The position numbers and the translations under genes were made by a program. From the IMG/VR virus record IMGVR_UViG_3300046007_014223, positions 1 through 64,000 of that record: a DNA stretch of 64,000 nucleotides; one strand, written 5' to 3'. Below, one piece after another: positions 46,941 through 57,447 of this stretch (position 1 is the stretch's first letter; every line of letters begins with the position of its first letter). A model generated the notes under the pieces. The model searched no databases and had not been told where the DNA came from. It saw nothing but the letters and a program-made list of their open reading frames with translations. Source of the DNA: a virus.

Positions 46941-48233
46941 TTACATGAGATTTAGAACGCCAGACTTACGATAGTACTGATTACGTCCTGACGTAAATGC
47001 ATCACCATCAGCAGCTGTTGAAGATGCATTTGGTGTAACGTATGGGTTAGCAATCATACCATAACGTGTCTTGAAGCCAATCTTTGGCTGGAAGGTGTTA
47101 GGATCAACTGCACGAACCATTTGGAGAGGAACGTATGGGCAGTAGAAAAGACCAGCGTCATAAGGTGAAGCACCTTTATAACCAACTACATAGAACTGAT
47201 ACTGTGCGCCAAGGTTGGCTGAGTATGGATCGATGTAGACACGGAAACGACCATTGAGAACACCAGCGAATGTATTGCCTGTGTCATCAACGTTTAGGCC
47301 TGTTGAAAGAGCAGGTGCATAGTCAAGAACTCCAGCCATTGCAAGAGCAGAAGCTACGTCTGCTGAGCAAATGACGAAGTTACCTTTGCCTCTACGAGTA
47401 TCTTGTGCAATATGGTTTGCATCGCGTTCCATATTGAATAGAAGACCCTTGAAGCGCTCGACTGACCAACGACCGTTTGAATCAATATCAAGGTCAAACG
47501 TACCTGGGGTTGCTGTTGTAGGTGAACCTGTCTTGGCAACTTTGTAAACAGTACGAATAACTTCACGGTTGATTTCAAACATGATTTCTTGTGAAAGAAT
47601 GTTTGTAAGCTCTGACTCAGCGTCAAGACCATGAACTGCCTTAAGGTCTTGTGCAAGTTCAACTGTGTACTCTGCCTTAAGAGCACGTGACTTAGCAGTA
47701 ACAGTTGTCTTATCGATTGAGAAAGACATCTGACCGAAGTCATAGTTTGTTGTACCTAGCTGTTCTGCCCAAGCTGTAACGTTAGCAGTACCTGTTGTGT
47801 AAGAACCATTTACTGGATTTGTGCCAAGGTGTGTGCCTGTACCAGAGAAGTCGGTATCAGCTTCGTTGTAGAGAGCTTCAACACGACCACCAGCATTTGT
47901 ACGCTCTGTACCATAAAGCGAACGCATTGCGAAGATAAGTCCTGTAGGACCAGTCATTGGCTGAACGCCAGCAACGTCATAAGCCATTAGGTTAGGCATA
48001 GCACGACGAACTAGACCGATAAGGATCGGATCATACTTGTCAATACCAGAACCTGAAATGTTGTTTGCAGGAATATCTTCAAAAAGGGCTTGACGCTCTT
48101 CGCGAAGGGCTTTTTCTTGATTCTCTAGAAGAACAGCAGTAACGGCTCTCTTGTAGGTATCTTTGATCTCGGGAAGATCAGAATGCTCAATAATGGCACC
48201 CCATTTCTTCTGTAGTTGTTCGGTCATATACAT
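46941..48233 (-). CDS. 23: major capsid protein gp23
   Basis: GVQPMTGPTGLIFAMR, SRALKAEY, ELAQDLKAVHG, FQPKIGFKTRYG. Confidence 0.99.
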   Translation of the reverse strand: MYMTEQLQKKWGAIIEHSDLPEIKDTYKRAVTAVLLENQEKALREERQALFEDIPANNISGSGIDKYDPILIGLVRRAMPNLMAYDVAGVQPMTGPTGLIFAMRSLYGTERTNAGGRVEALYNEADTDFSGTGTHLGTNPVNGSYTTGTANVTAWAEQLGTTNYDFGQMSFSIDKTTVTAKSRALKAEYTVELAQDLKAVHGLDAESELTNILSQEIMFEINREVIRTVYKVAKTGSPTTATPGTFDLDIDSNGRWSVERFKGLLFNMERDANHIAQDTRRGKGNFVICSADVASALAMAGVLDYAPALSTGLNVDDTGNTFAGVLNGRFRVYIDPYSANLGAQYQFYVVGYKGASPYDAGLFYCPYVPLQMVRAVDPNTFQPKIGFKTRYGMIANPYVTPNASSTAADGDAFTSGRNQYYRKSGVLNLM

Positions 48234-48264
48234 CTTTGAAATCTCCTTGATTGGATATTATTTT

Positions 48265-48272
48265 TATTTATA
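48265..48272 (-). promoter_or_regulatory. T4-type late promoter
   Basis: TATAAATA upstream of gp23. Confidence 0.8.
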
Positions 48273-48275
48273 AAA

Positions 48276-49361
48276 TTAACGTGCTTTTACAGCTCTTGAA
48301 AGAGCTTGTACATACTTCGACATTACATCGCTTGTCTGTTGTACAGGAGCTTCTTCATTTAAAAGCTGTTCTTCAGGTGAACTCTTTGCAGCTTTTGGAA
48401 AATAATTTTCCTTAATAACTTTTACTTTCTCACGGAAAAGCTCTTCCGAATCATAAGATACACCTTCAACTAGCTTACCTAGCTTTTCTGCTTCGGTATC
48501 AGCTAGATCACCACTCATTTCACTTAACACAATAGCTTTTCTTAAAGATGAAAGCTGTTCTGTAAGCTCAATGTTCTTATTCTCAGATTCATTAAGTTTT
48601 TCCTCAAGCTCATCTGATTTGGTTGAAAGAGTTTCAATAACATCGACTTTATCTTCAGGAATATCAATGTAATTCTCTTGGAACAGAGTTTTTAGACCTG
48701 TGATAAAATCTTCAGCGATTTCAGTGCGTAATCCGCCTTCAATCTCAAGTTTATTCTCTTCCATCCATTGCTCAACAACATAATTCATAAATGAATCTAC
48801 TTTTTCGATTAAACCTTCAGTAATATCTTCAAGTTGCTTTTGCTTTTCTTCTTCAAGCTGAGCAACTACAGCGTCCATTTCTTCGTTTACACGTGCAATG
48901 ACAGCTGCTTCGAAAATTGCAGTAGCTTTATCACGGAAATCTTCTGAAAGGTCGTCACCAAAAATGGCTGACAGTTGTTCTTTCAATGAAGGTTTTGAAT
49001 CTTCTTTTTCTTCACCCATCGGCTTGTTGCCCGAGGATGCTTGCATGTTGACCATAGAAGTTGGGTCACCTGCATTCATGAAATTGGGTGCTGCACCTGG
49101 GCCCGAATTTGCTGGGCGAGGTGAATTTGGTGTTGACTTTGATACAACTGCGCCTTGGTTTTCTTCTTTTTCATCTCTTTCTTCATAATCAGCATCTTGT
49201 GAAGAACCCTGACGAGGTGGTGTTGTATCACCTTGATTGGCGGCTTTAATGGATGTGTCTTTGGAAACGTTACCCGCACCCATCGGAGCCATACCTTCCT
49301 CATTAAGCTGCTCTTCACTCTTACGTGATAGCAACTCTTTGATTTTGCTCTCAATTGACAT
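48276..49361 (-). CDS. 22: prohead core scaffold gp22
   Basis: KATAIFEAAV, VDSFMNYVVEQW, LFQENYI. Confidence 0.93.
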   Translation of the reverse strand: MSIESKIKELLSRKSEEQLNEEGMAPMGAGNVSKDTSIKAANQGDTTPPRQGSSQDADYEERDEKEENQGAVVSKSTPNSPRPANSGPGAAPNFMNAGDPTSMVNMQASSGNKPMGEEKEDSKPSLKEQLSAIFGDDLSEDFRDKATAIFEAAVIARVNEEMDAVVAQLEEEKQKQLEDITEGLIEKVDSFMNYVVEQWMEENKLEIEGGLRTEIAEDFITGLKTLFQENYIDIPEDKVDVIETLSTKSDELEEKLNESENKNIELTEQLSSLRKAIVLSEMSGDLADTEAEKLGKLVEGVSYDSEELFREKVKVIKENYFPKAAKSSPEEQLLNEEAPVQQTSDVMSKYVQALSRAVKAR

Positions 49362-49387
49362 AGATCTCTCCTAATGAAATTTACTTT

Positions 49388-49395
49388 TATTTATA
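49388..49395 (-). promoter_or_regulatory. T4-type late promoter
   Basis: TATAAATA upstream of gp22. Confidence 0.8.
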
Positions 49396-49399
49396 AGTT

Positions 49400-50041
49400 T
49401 TATTTTTTAGAAATTAGAGTAATGAATTGATTGAACAAATCAAGCTTTTTAGACTCAGAAAGTTTTGTTTTCTTTACCTCTTTCTTAATTTGTTCCATTA
49501 CCCATCCCTTACCTTCAACGTATAACCAAGATGCATCTTCCATAATGCCTTGAACAAAAGCATCGGGTGCAGAAGGATCAGCAACAATGTCTACGGTTGC
49601 CAAATGAAAGTCATCTTGCACTTCATTGACACCATCTTTGAGTTGTTTGACTGATCCTAATCCGCGCGAAGATACACCTAAGCGAACACCTTCCTCAATA
49701 AAATTCTGTGCAATTTTCCCCATTGGGGTGTCTAGAATTTTAGCTTTCCCATAAACATCATTTCCTTCAAATCTTAAATTCGTGATAAGATGTGATACTT
49801 GGTTTAGATTGATTGAAGGATTTGGTGGGTGTCCTAATTCGCCTAAAGCGCGCTTTTCACTAATGAGAGATTGATACCTATCAAGTTCTTTCTCAACGAT
49901 AGGTTTTCTATAGACACGACCATTACGATTTGTTTTCTCTGTCTGCATGAAGATACCTTCAATATAGACATTCTTACCGCCCGTTTCTTTTTTCTCGGTG
50001 ATATATTTAACTTCTTGTGTGACTTCGGTAATAAGTTTCAT
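49400..50041 (-). CDS. 21: prohead protease gp21
   Basis: NRNGRVY, ALGELGHP, GVSSRGLGS, DIVADPSAPDA. Confidence 0.97.
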   Translation of the reverse strand: MKLITEVTQEVKYITEKKETGGKNVYIEGIFMQTEKTNRNGRVYRKPIVEKELDRYQSLISEKRALGELGHPPNPSINLNQVSHLITNLRFEGNDVYGKAKILDTPMGKIAQNFIEEGVRLGVSSRGLGSVKQLKDGVNEVQDDFHLATVDIVADPSAPDAFVQGIMEDASWLYVEGKGWVMEQIKKEVKKTKLSESKKLDLFNQFITLISKK

Positions 50042-50042
50042 G

Positions 50043-50438
50043 TTAGTTTCCCGATACAAAACCTTGCTGATCTGGCTCAGCAAATCCGGCTTCTTTTGTT
50101 AGACCTAGAATTACCGTTCCTCCAGAAGCAGGAATCGTCACTACAACGTTTGCAGAGTTATTCGACGTATCTGTAAATCCTGATACTTGTGAAAAGCTCC
50201 AATTATCACTACCGAAAAGAACTAAAACGTTTGAATTATTTCTTTTAAATAAGATTGGGCCGTTTTCTGAATTATAGTAAACACTGTTGATATTTACCTT
50301 AATGGCAGCGACATTACTAACTGTTTCGTCAGATAATTTTAAGTCTGCGACAAGATCAACGTTAGCCGTGCCATCACCGACAAGTTTGACTACAGCTTGC
50401 TGCCTTACCTTCTTTAATATTGTTTTAGTGATTGGCAT
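50043..50438 (-). CDS. hypothetical virion protein in the head module
   Basis: beta-rich 131-aa ORF between core genes. Confidence 0.7.
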   Translation of the reverse strand: MPITKTILKKVRQQAVVKLVGDGTANVDLVADLKLSDETVSNVAAIKVNINSVYYNSENGPILFKRNNSNVLVLFGSDNWSFSQVSGFTDTSNNSANVVVTIPASGGTVILGLTKEAGFAEPDQQGFVSGN

Positions 50439-50447
50439 TTTTTGACC

Positions 50448-50579
50448 TTATCGAATGACTCTTCTTGGAGGTGGTGATCTTTTTGTTGCCCTTGCATTGA
50501 CACCAATTGAAATCTTTCCACCAGGAATTTTAATTGATTTTGTTGCTCTTAGAATAGAAGTGATGATTGAGCTAAACAT
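50448..50579 (-). CDS. 43-aa basic peptide (MFSSIITSILRATKSIKIPGGKISIGVNARATKRSPPPRRVIR)
   Basis: read manually; fills the gap; AAGGA upstream. Confidence 0.5.
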   Translation of the reverse strand: MFSSIITSILRATKSIKIPGGKISIGVNARATKRSPPPRRVIR

Positions 50580-50582
50580 TTT

Positions 50583-51608
50583 TTATTCCTTTGCTTTTTT
50601 GGCTTTTTTCTTCATGGGAGAATGGTTGTTATGATACTCAGCCATCATAACTTCAACATCTTCAGTAAAGATAACTTCTTCACCGTGATCAAATTGAACT
50701 GTATACCATTCAATGTCGCCATTCTCATCAGGATCAGCGTGTTGACCTTCAACAACAACACCTTCACCGTACACATCAGAGAAAACATGTTTAGCGCAAT
50801 AGTGTTGATCTTGCTGAACACTTTCATTCATATCATCCATAAAATGTGATTTAGGTCTAGCTGTATGCACATGAACAGTTCCTCCACCAGTACCATAATC
50901 CATATGATCATTTACGTCCGTGCCACCTATTTTGGATCCAACCTTAAGATTGTTCTTTGCAGCAAGTGGACTTTTGGGACCAACTGCAACAACCTTATAC
51001 TGTGCTTTTTCGCTTGTTGGATTGCCTGTGCCAATATGATGGAGATGAATATCTCTGGGACCAATTTTTTTAGGTACATTAGGTTTACCATCAACCAATT
51101 TATGATGTGTCATTTCCGGAGAAACACCAGCATAAAAGTCTTTTCGTTCATCAATCTGTTCTGTTTCTTCAGTCCTCATTGCTTGCTTTGTTGCAGTGGC
51201 ATACATTACTTCTTTAGCGCGCTCACCATAACGTTTTTTAAAGTCGCCAAATTTCTTTTTCATTGACTTGACAGTTTTTTCACGTTTTTTCATTTGTGTC
51301 TCGGTCATTTTTTCTTGAATATCCATTTGTGTACTCTCTTTAACTGTTGAAGGTGAGTAGATAGATTTAATCTTATTGGCTTCTTCTGCACTAATTTCAT
51401 CATCTTTTAGAAGCCTATTTGCATGAGCAGAAATATTCTTGTGCAGTGCTGAATGTTGTTCGGGGGTTAGTGACTTTTTAACATAAGCAGCATGCCTTTG
51501 CATTTGAGACATCATCGATGCAGGAACACCCTTTCCTTGGCTTGAACCAACAAGATCTGCATACTGATCCATATGATCAGCAGGTGATTTTGCCCATGCA
51601 AAGTCCAT
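50583..51608 (-). CDS. putative internal head/core protein
   Basis: located between gp67 and gp21; Lys-rich blocks; several x-x-E junctions. Confidence 0.6.
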   Translation of the reverse strand: MDFAWAKSPADHMDQYADLVGSSQGKGVPASMMSQMQRHAAYVKKSLTPEQHSALHKNISAHANRLLKDDEISAEEANKIKSIYSPSTVKESTQMDIQEKMTETQMKKREKTVKSMKKKFGDFKKRYGERAKEVMYATATKQAMRTEETEQIDERKDFYAGVSPEMTHHKLVDGKPNVPKKIGPRDIHLHHIGTGNPTSEKAQYKVVAVGPKSPLAAKNNLKVGSKIGGTDVNDHMDYGTGGGTVHVHTARPKSHFMDDMNESVQQDQHYCAKHVFSDVYGEGVVVEGQHADPDENGDIEWYTVQFDHGEEVIFTEDVEVMMAEYHNNHSPMKKKAKKAKE

Positions 51609-51775
51609 TATTCTTCCTCTTGAGCGTAAAGATTAGAAGCAACGGTTTGTTTTTGCGCTTCTAATGCATCTGTAACTTTAATAGAAATAATATCTTCAAA
51701 GCGCTCTTGCGCTTCTGCAGACTGCCCGTCAAGCACATTAGCCATCATTTGTTTAATTAAATCTTTTGTTTCCAT
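51608..51775 (-). CDS. prohead core protein gp67-like (55 aa)
   Basis: read manually; acidic helix directly after the portal gene. Confidence 0.65.
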   Translation of the reverse strand: METKDLIKQMMANVLDGQSAEAQERFEDIISIKVTDALEAQKQTVASNLYAQEEE

Positions 51776-51792
51776 TTCACATCCTTTATTTA

Positions 51793-53367
51793 TTATTTAT
51801 TAGTTTCAGGTTGTTCTTTTTCTTGTTGTTGCATTGCGGCTATACCCTGCATTGCCTGCATTTGTTGCAATTCTAACATCGGATTGGGTGGTTCTTCACC
51901 GATCTCCTTTTCAATATTTTCGATCTCATCATCAGTGAGGCGTAAAATATTACGCTTGACAAACCCCTGACTGTAGTACAACCCAACATAAGGCTGTATA
52001 GTTTGTAAAAGATCCATACGATTTCTTAAACTTTCCGCATCTTTTGCTTCTTGGAAATATTGATCTTGAGCAAATTTAAAACGAATTTGTTCTTTAATAT
52101 CATCCCAATCAGCTTCAACAATAATACCCTTTAGTATTAATTGTGTTTTTAAAAGATCTCGGAAAAGATCAGCAAATTTGTTGCGAAGACGACCAATAAA
52201 TTTTGCAAACTTCAACTCATCACGTGTAACTTCTGCAACACGACCGAAGGTAATACCTTGTTGAGGTTCTAGTCTTGATAGAGGAACGTTTAATGCTTGA
52301 TACATTTTCTTCTGAAAATAAACAATATCATCTATCTGACCGAGGTTTTCACCTCCCGGGAGAGTGCTAATTTCTGTACCCTTTCCGCCTTCACGACGAG
52401 GTAACCAGAAATCTTCAAGCATCGACATAAACTTTCTATCGTCTCTCACCTCACCTGTGCTGGAATCATAAACAATCTTATTACGATACCTTGCCATCAC
52501 GTCTTTAAGGTATTGTTCAGCTTTTAATTTGGGAAGATTGCCCACATCGATATAAAAGATTCGACGTTCGGGGGCACGTGCAAGACGATAGATTACCAAT
52601 GCATCTTCCATCATCTTTAATTGGTTTACAGGTTTAATCGCCTTATGCAAGTATCCGATAACAATGTTCTTATCAAGATCAACTAACCCCGAATGACAAT
52701 AAGCGATTGAATCAAGAGTGATTCTGATGCCCGTGCCTTGTGATACTGTTTGACTGGTGCTTAAAGCAACTGTATATTGAATACCTTTATCATTGTATAA
52801 GTAATATTCATCAATTGTCTTTATAATATCAATACCGTTGGGTAATTTTTCTTTCTTTACATCACGAATCTTTTTTATCTTTCGTGGGTCAATGTAACGA
52901 AGTTCTAATATACCCCTTTTTGCTGATCCGGTATCTACAATTTTTTGATAATAAATCCTTCCATCAACATACCAACGACGAAAAATTTCATGTGCCTTTG
53001 CATTAAAATCAAGCAATGAAAGAATTTCTTTAAATTCGGCTTCTATTGTTTTTCGTATATTATCAGAAAGTTGCAGTTCTTCCAAATCTATAGACACGGG
53101 AGGCTCATCTTCAACATTAGCGATAGCTTCTGAAACAATATCTTCAATGGCCATATCACAATCAGCGTACATCGCCATTTGACGATAACGAGTGATTAGC
53201 TCTGATTCTGTTTTAGAAGTAGCGTCAAGGTCAACATATGTGCCATAATAACCACCAGCTGAAATAGTGGTGGCCCCGTCCTCGGCAATTGGAGTAACAA
53301 AGTTTTGATTCTTTGCTTCTTGCTTGCGAGGACGGGTTATTTTAAACCCAAATAAATTCAAATCCAT
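51793..53367 (-). CDS. 20: portal protein gp20
   Basis: RRWYVDGR, YRLARAPERRIFYIDVGNLP, EDFWLPRREGG. Confidence 0.99.
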   Translation of the reverse strand: MDLNLFGFKITRPRKQEAKNQNFVTPIAEDGATTISAGGYYGTYVDLDATSKTESELITRYRQMAMYADCDMAIEDIVSEAIANVEDEPPVSIDLEELQLSDNIRKTIEAEFKEILSLLDFNAKAHEIFRRWYVDGRIYYQKIVDTGSAKRGILELRYIDPRKIKKIRDVKKEKLPNGIDIIKTIDEYYLYNDKGIQYTVALSTSQTVSQGTGIRITLDSIAYCHSGLVDLDKNIVIGYLHKAIKPVNQLKMMEDALVIYRLARAPERRIFYIDVGNLPKLKAEQYLKDVMARYRNKIVYDSSTGEVRDDRKFMSMLEDFWLPRREGGKGTEISTLPGGENLGQIDDIVYFQKKMYQALNVPLSRLEPQQGITFGRVAEVTRDELKFAKFIGRLRNKFADLFRDLLKTQLILKGIIVEADWDDIKEQIRFKFAQDQYFQEAKDAESLRNRMDLLQTIQPYVGLYYSQGFVKRNILRLTDDEIENIEKEIGEEPPNPMLELQQMQAMQGIAAMQQQEKEQPETNK

Positions 53368-53382
53368 ATTTTAACTTTTTAA

Positions 53383-53907
53383 TTAAACTGCGCCAGAACC
53401 TATAACTTCAAATCTCTGATATTGCCAAGTACACGTGAATGAGCTAATTTGGTCGTTAGCATCAAAACTTAATGGTACCTCAGAAATATCAGAAGGCCAT
53501 GCACCAATTAACCTATACTCGCGAGTTGGATTACCTGCTTTATCAAGTTGGCGAACAGTAATGTCACCAAAGTAACCTGCAGGTGATCCATCCTCATTTG
53601 CATTGGGTGTTTTTACTTCAAGATCTTCAATGTAATCATTCATCCAAGATTCAATGTATTCACGTAATTGAAAGCTGGTGTCATTGATGATTGTTGTTGT
53701 CCAAGGTGCAAATACCATATCACCTGCTAATTTAAGCTCACGACCACGATAAAATGCACTTGCGGTACCAAATGTTCTTCCAGGTAAAGACGCAGCTGTT
53801 ACAAGAAAATTTGAAATTTGTTCAGCACCTGCAATTTCAACCTCAAAAAGATTAGGCCTTGCACCAGCTTGAAGTGTTTCTCTGAATTGTTCTATTTCGA
53901 ACGCCAT
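53383..53907 (-). CDS. 19: tail tube protein gp19
   Basis: GARPNLFEV, GRELKLAGD, VRQLD, WP. Confidence 0.93.
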   Translation of the reverse strand: MAFEIEQFRETLQAGARPNLFEVEIAGAEQISNFLVTAASLPGRTFGTASAFYRGRELKLAGDMVFAPWTTTIINDTSFQLREYIESWMNDYIEDLEVKTPNANEDGSPAGYFGDITVRQLDKAGNPTREYRLIGAWPSDISEVPLSFDANDQISSFTCTWQYQRFEVIGSGAV

Positions 53908-53918
53908 TTAAGCTCTCC

Positions 53919-55691
53919 TTAAGCTGTTACTTCTGCAAAGTCAATGCCAGTCTTTGTAGCAATGAAGTTCAGAGTAATGTAGTTGATTGAACGAGCGGGT
54001 TTAACATATATATCCGCAATAAACTCATTCCTATCAATTACTTCGCCTGTGTTATTAGTTTCATCGCATACAACCTTGAAGTCAGTGATACCACGACGAC
54101 CTTTAACATCACGTAGATAAGGTTCTACGATATTTCTGAACTGAGCACGTGTGAATGCATCATTGAATTCAAACAACTGTGCTCTTGCCGCTGCTGTAAT
54201 TGCTTTTTTGAGAACAATAAACAAGCGACGAACATTGATACGGTCAAAGGCGCTTGGCTTAATCTGTAGTGTCTTGTCGCCAAACAGAATCGTACCGTAG
54301 CCAGGTGATGAAATAACAGGGTTTACACCAGCTGAATAGAGAGTGTCACGCTGACCTTTGTTAGGATTGAATGCAAGTTTTACAACATTACGAATCTGAC
54401 CTCTGTTTACACCAGCAGGTGAGAACCAAGGATCGGCTGTAAAGTCAGTACGAGCACACAACCCAGCAATGTCACCATTTAGAGGCAACCAACGATAAAC
54501 GTCATTGTAACGGTCGTATTGATACTTCCATCCGCTATCCATCACCACATATGAAGATGAAAGATTCGTTAGATCTGTATTTCTATAACCAGTTACATTC
54601 GTAGCTTTTGTTGAATCAGCAACACTTGGCTGAACATCAGCGTACTCAGGGGAAACAAAAATAACCACATCATTACGCTTACCATCACCTGTTAGCGCAT
54701 TAATAACAGTAAGAGCGTTTGCACCAGGTAAATCACCCACAGGAACTAAGGAAATATCATAAACTTCATCATTCTCGAGAAGTGAAAATCCTGTTGCTTT
54801 TTGACCTGGTGTGGGTGTTGCATCAGCAGCATTTGAAAATGACATAAAACCTGCGTTAACATTTGCGTTAGGGTTATTGTTTCCTAATGTATCAAATACA
54901 ACATTATTATTTCCGCCGATGCCTGTGAAAGAAGTTCCCCAATTTAGCGCTGAATTGGTAACATTTGCAGGGTGTGATCTCCATCTGACATACCTTGATT
55001 GCTCATTGATTACTGTAGGATAATAAATGCTTCTTCCGTCTGCCCCCAAAGCATCGCGTGCCTTTGAAAGATATTGAAACTTTTCAAGGACAGTATTTTT
55101 AGTTCCGGTAATTAACCCATCTTGATCAATTACAGCTATGTGCAATTCATCTTTTGCACCTGATGTTCCGTAAGTTGATGCATATGTTGAAACATTAGGT
55201 CTAACATCAAACAATGAAGTGATTGTTGATGTTGCATTGGCCCAAGACGCATTGTCAACAACAGCAACTGCAAGAGAATTTCCAATGTTACCTGGATATC
55301 TAGCAGTCATGAAAATATTTGCGTTACCGGTTAATCCTAAGTATGCATCATCGTTTAAAATTTTCTCTCCTGCAACAACAACGGTTGAATTACCTGAAAT
55401 GTTAGATCCGAGAGTTGCATTAAGAGTTGTTGTATCTGCAGTACGAACAATATACATGCGGTTCGCATAACCTAAAAAGTTAGCGGCTGTAAAAAATGAA
55501 AGATAGGTGTTTGCGTCAGGTCTTCCAAATTGGTTTACCAGATCAACTTCGCTTGTTACAAGCGTTGGTTGATCAACAGGTCCCCATTGAAACTCTCCCG
55601 CAAAACCTCCCACAGAAGTAGCAACAGCCGGGACAACGGTAGTTAAGTCCTTCTCTGTTGCGATAATTCCTGGTGAAAGTTGATAAGGCAT
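53919..55691 (-). CDS. 18: tail sheath protein gp18
   Basis: LSPG, FQWGP, WFSPAG, FDRINVRRLF, KPARSINYI. Confidence 0.97.
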   Translation of the reverse strand: MPYQLSPGIIATEKDLTTVVPAVATSVGGFAGEFQWGPVDQPTLVTSEVDLVNQFGRPDANTYLSFFTAANFLGYANRMYIVRTADTTTLNATLGSNISGNSTVVVAGEKILNDDAYLGLTGNANIFMTARYPGNIGNSLAVAVVDNASWANATSTITSLFDVRPNVSTYASTYGTSGAKDELHIAVIDQDGLITGTKNTVLEKFQYLSKARDALGADGRSIYYPTVINEQSRYVRWRSHPANVTNSALNWGTSFTGIGGNNNVVFDTLGNNNPNANVNAGFMSFSNAADATPTPGQKATGFSLLENDEVYDISLVPVGDLPGANALTVINALTGDGKRNDVVIFVSPEYADVQPSVADSTKATNVTGYRNTDLTNLSSSYVVMDSGWKYQYDRYNDVYRWLPLNGDIAGLCARTDFTADPWFSPAGVNRGQIRNVVKLAFNPNKGQRDTLYSAGVNPVISSPGYGTILFGDKTLQIKPSAFDRINVRRLFIVLKKAITAAARAQLFEFNDAFTRAQFRNIVEPYLRDVKGRRGITDFKVVCDETNNTGEVIDRNEFIADIYVKPARSINYITLNFIATKTGIDFAEVTA

Positions 55692-55740
55692 TTGTATCTC
55701 CTTGAACGTTATTTATTATAAAGTATCTTGATGGTATAAG

Positions 55741-57447
55741 TTATTTATAAAATCGCTCTTTTTCAAAGGGGTTAGTATCATACCAAGATTGTTTCAACTT
55801 ATTCATATATTCGTTCATATCGCCTGTTATCCATAAATCACCTGCCATTACTTCAGCAGAAACTTTTTCCGGTACCCCAGTATTTAACATACCAAAAGGT
55901 GTCAGTTCGTCTTCAATTTGTTTCATTTGATTTTCAAACAATGCATTTCGAAGATTGACGTTAGTCAATTCTTTAAAATAAGGATCTTTACTTGCCCATG
56001 CTAATAGAACAAGTGTCATAACTAAATCATCATGATAACCTTCATCCGCACCGTAAACGCCGCCGCGCACTTCGATGAAAGTTGACAATTCAGATATTAT
56101 ATCCTTATCGAAGATCAGTAACTTTTTTGTTTCGATGAGTGTTTTTAAATTTGAACAACCAATTCTTTTGACCTGTTTGGTTGTTCTAACGCCCATCAAT
56201 GCAGATCCTTTAAATCCGCTTGTAAGAAACTGACCGCTTTTTGTGCTTGATCCTACTCTGAAAATGTTTTCGTATTCTAAATCTGAATGTAAAATATCAG
56301 CTATCTGTTGTCCAATATCATTAATCTCAACTAAAACATAAGCATTGTTAAAGTCCTTTGCAACCTTATGTATTATGTCAGGGTACAATAAGGGACTAAT
56401 TTTATTGTTTCTATATTTACCCACGACCTTGTACGGAACAGACGTAACATCAGTTAATGTAAATGCTGAATAATCTCCGCCTACACCTCGCGAAGTATCT
56501 ACAACTACAACATATTGACGATCTTTTTGTGGTTCTTCAAGAATATCCAACCCATCTTCAGTTGTAAATACGTAAGGTGTTGCAGAAAGAGATGCAATAA
56601 CATCTCCTGAAATAAGAGAAGCAGAAGATCCGATAAATGAGCAAAGCACCTCTTGATTGAACTTCAGATCGCCAAGAAGTTTACGCTGCTCTTCTGCCCA
56701 CTTTTCATCTCGATTTGGATGTTCGTTGTATTTTACACGATAAGAAACAAAACCATTTGTTCCTTGTTCAGCATCATTCCAAAACTTCCAAAAGTGGTTA
56801 TAACCCAAAGGTGTAGACGTTAATATAATCTTGGTTGTTGAACCTGCCGAAACCACGGGATAAACAGCAGTGAAAAATTCTTCAGCGATGTTATTTGGAA
56901 TAATAGCTGTTTCGTCAACGTAAAGCAAGTTAACAGAACGACCACGAACACCCGACTTACTTGTCGCCGCAGTAAAAACAATCGATCCGTTTTCCAATTC
57001 AATATCCCCTTTATTCCAGGTGCGAATACCTTGCTGAAGGAATAAAGGAAGGTGCTCATACATCAACTGATAACGAAACATTATCTCTCGCGCTGCGTTA
57101 GCTTTATTAGCTAAAATAGCAACTGTTTTATTTGCTTGAAAAAGAGTATACCACAAACAATAAGCAGCGACAACTTGTGACTTGCCCATCTGTCGCGGCT
57201 GCATACTTATAACTTTTCTATTATTTTCAATAATATCGATAAATTTTTTCTGATAATCATAAAGATCAAAGTCAACAAGGCCCAAGTCAAGCGAAACTAT
57301 TTTACAATACTTTTGAATAAAATAAATGGGATCGCGCGCGCACGCGACAAGTTCTTTTACTTGATCTTGAGAAAACTGAATAGGATACCCGACTTGCTTA
57401 AGGCGAGTATTTCCATTATAACTATTCTTTAATTTATTCTGAATCAA
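55741..57447 (-). CDS. 17: terminase large subunit gp17
   Basis: PRQMGKS, YVDE, TSTPLG, DTSRGVGGDYS, HDDLVM. Confidence 0.98.
   Translation of the reverse strand: MIQNKLKNSYNGNTRLKQVGYPIQFSQDQVKELVACARDPIYFIQKYCKIVSLDLGLVDFDLYDYQKKFIDIIENNRKVISMQPRQMGKSQVVAAYCLWYTLFQANKTVAILANKANAAREIMFRYQLMYEHLPLFLQQGIRTWNKGDIELENGSIVFTAATSKSGVRGRSVNLLYVDETAIIPNNIAEEFFTAVYPVVSAGSTTKIILTSTPLGYNHFWKFWNDAEQGTNGFVSYRVKYNEHPNRDEKWAEEQRKLLGDLKFNQEVLCSFIGSSASLISGDVIASLSATPYVFTTEDGLDILEEPQKDRQYVVVVDTSRGVGGDYSAFTLTDVTSVPYKVVGKYRNNKISPLLYPDIIHKVAKDFNNAYVLVEINDIGQQIADILHSDLEYENIFRVGSSTKSGQFLTSGFKGSALMGVRTTKQVKRIGCSNLKTLIETKKLLIFDKDIISELSTFIEVRGGVYGADEGYHDDLVMTLVLLAWASKDPYFKELTNVNLRNALFENQMKQIEDELTPFGMLNTGVPEKVSAEVMAGDLWITGDMNEYMNKLKQSWYDTNPFEKERFYK
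55742..55749 (-). promoter_or_regulatory. T4-type late promoter
   Basis: TATAAATA at the end of gp17, upstream of gp18. Confidence 0.7.
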
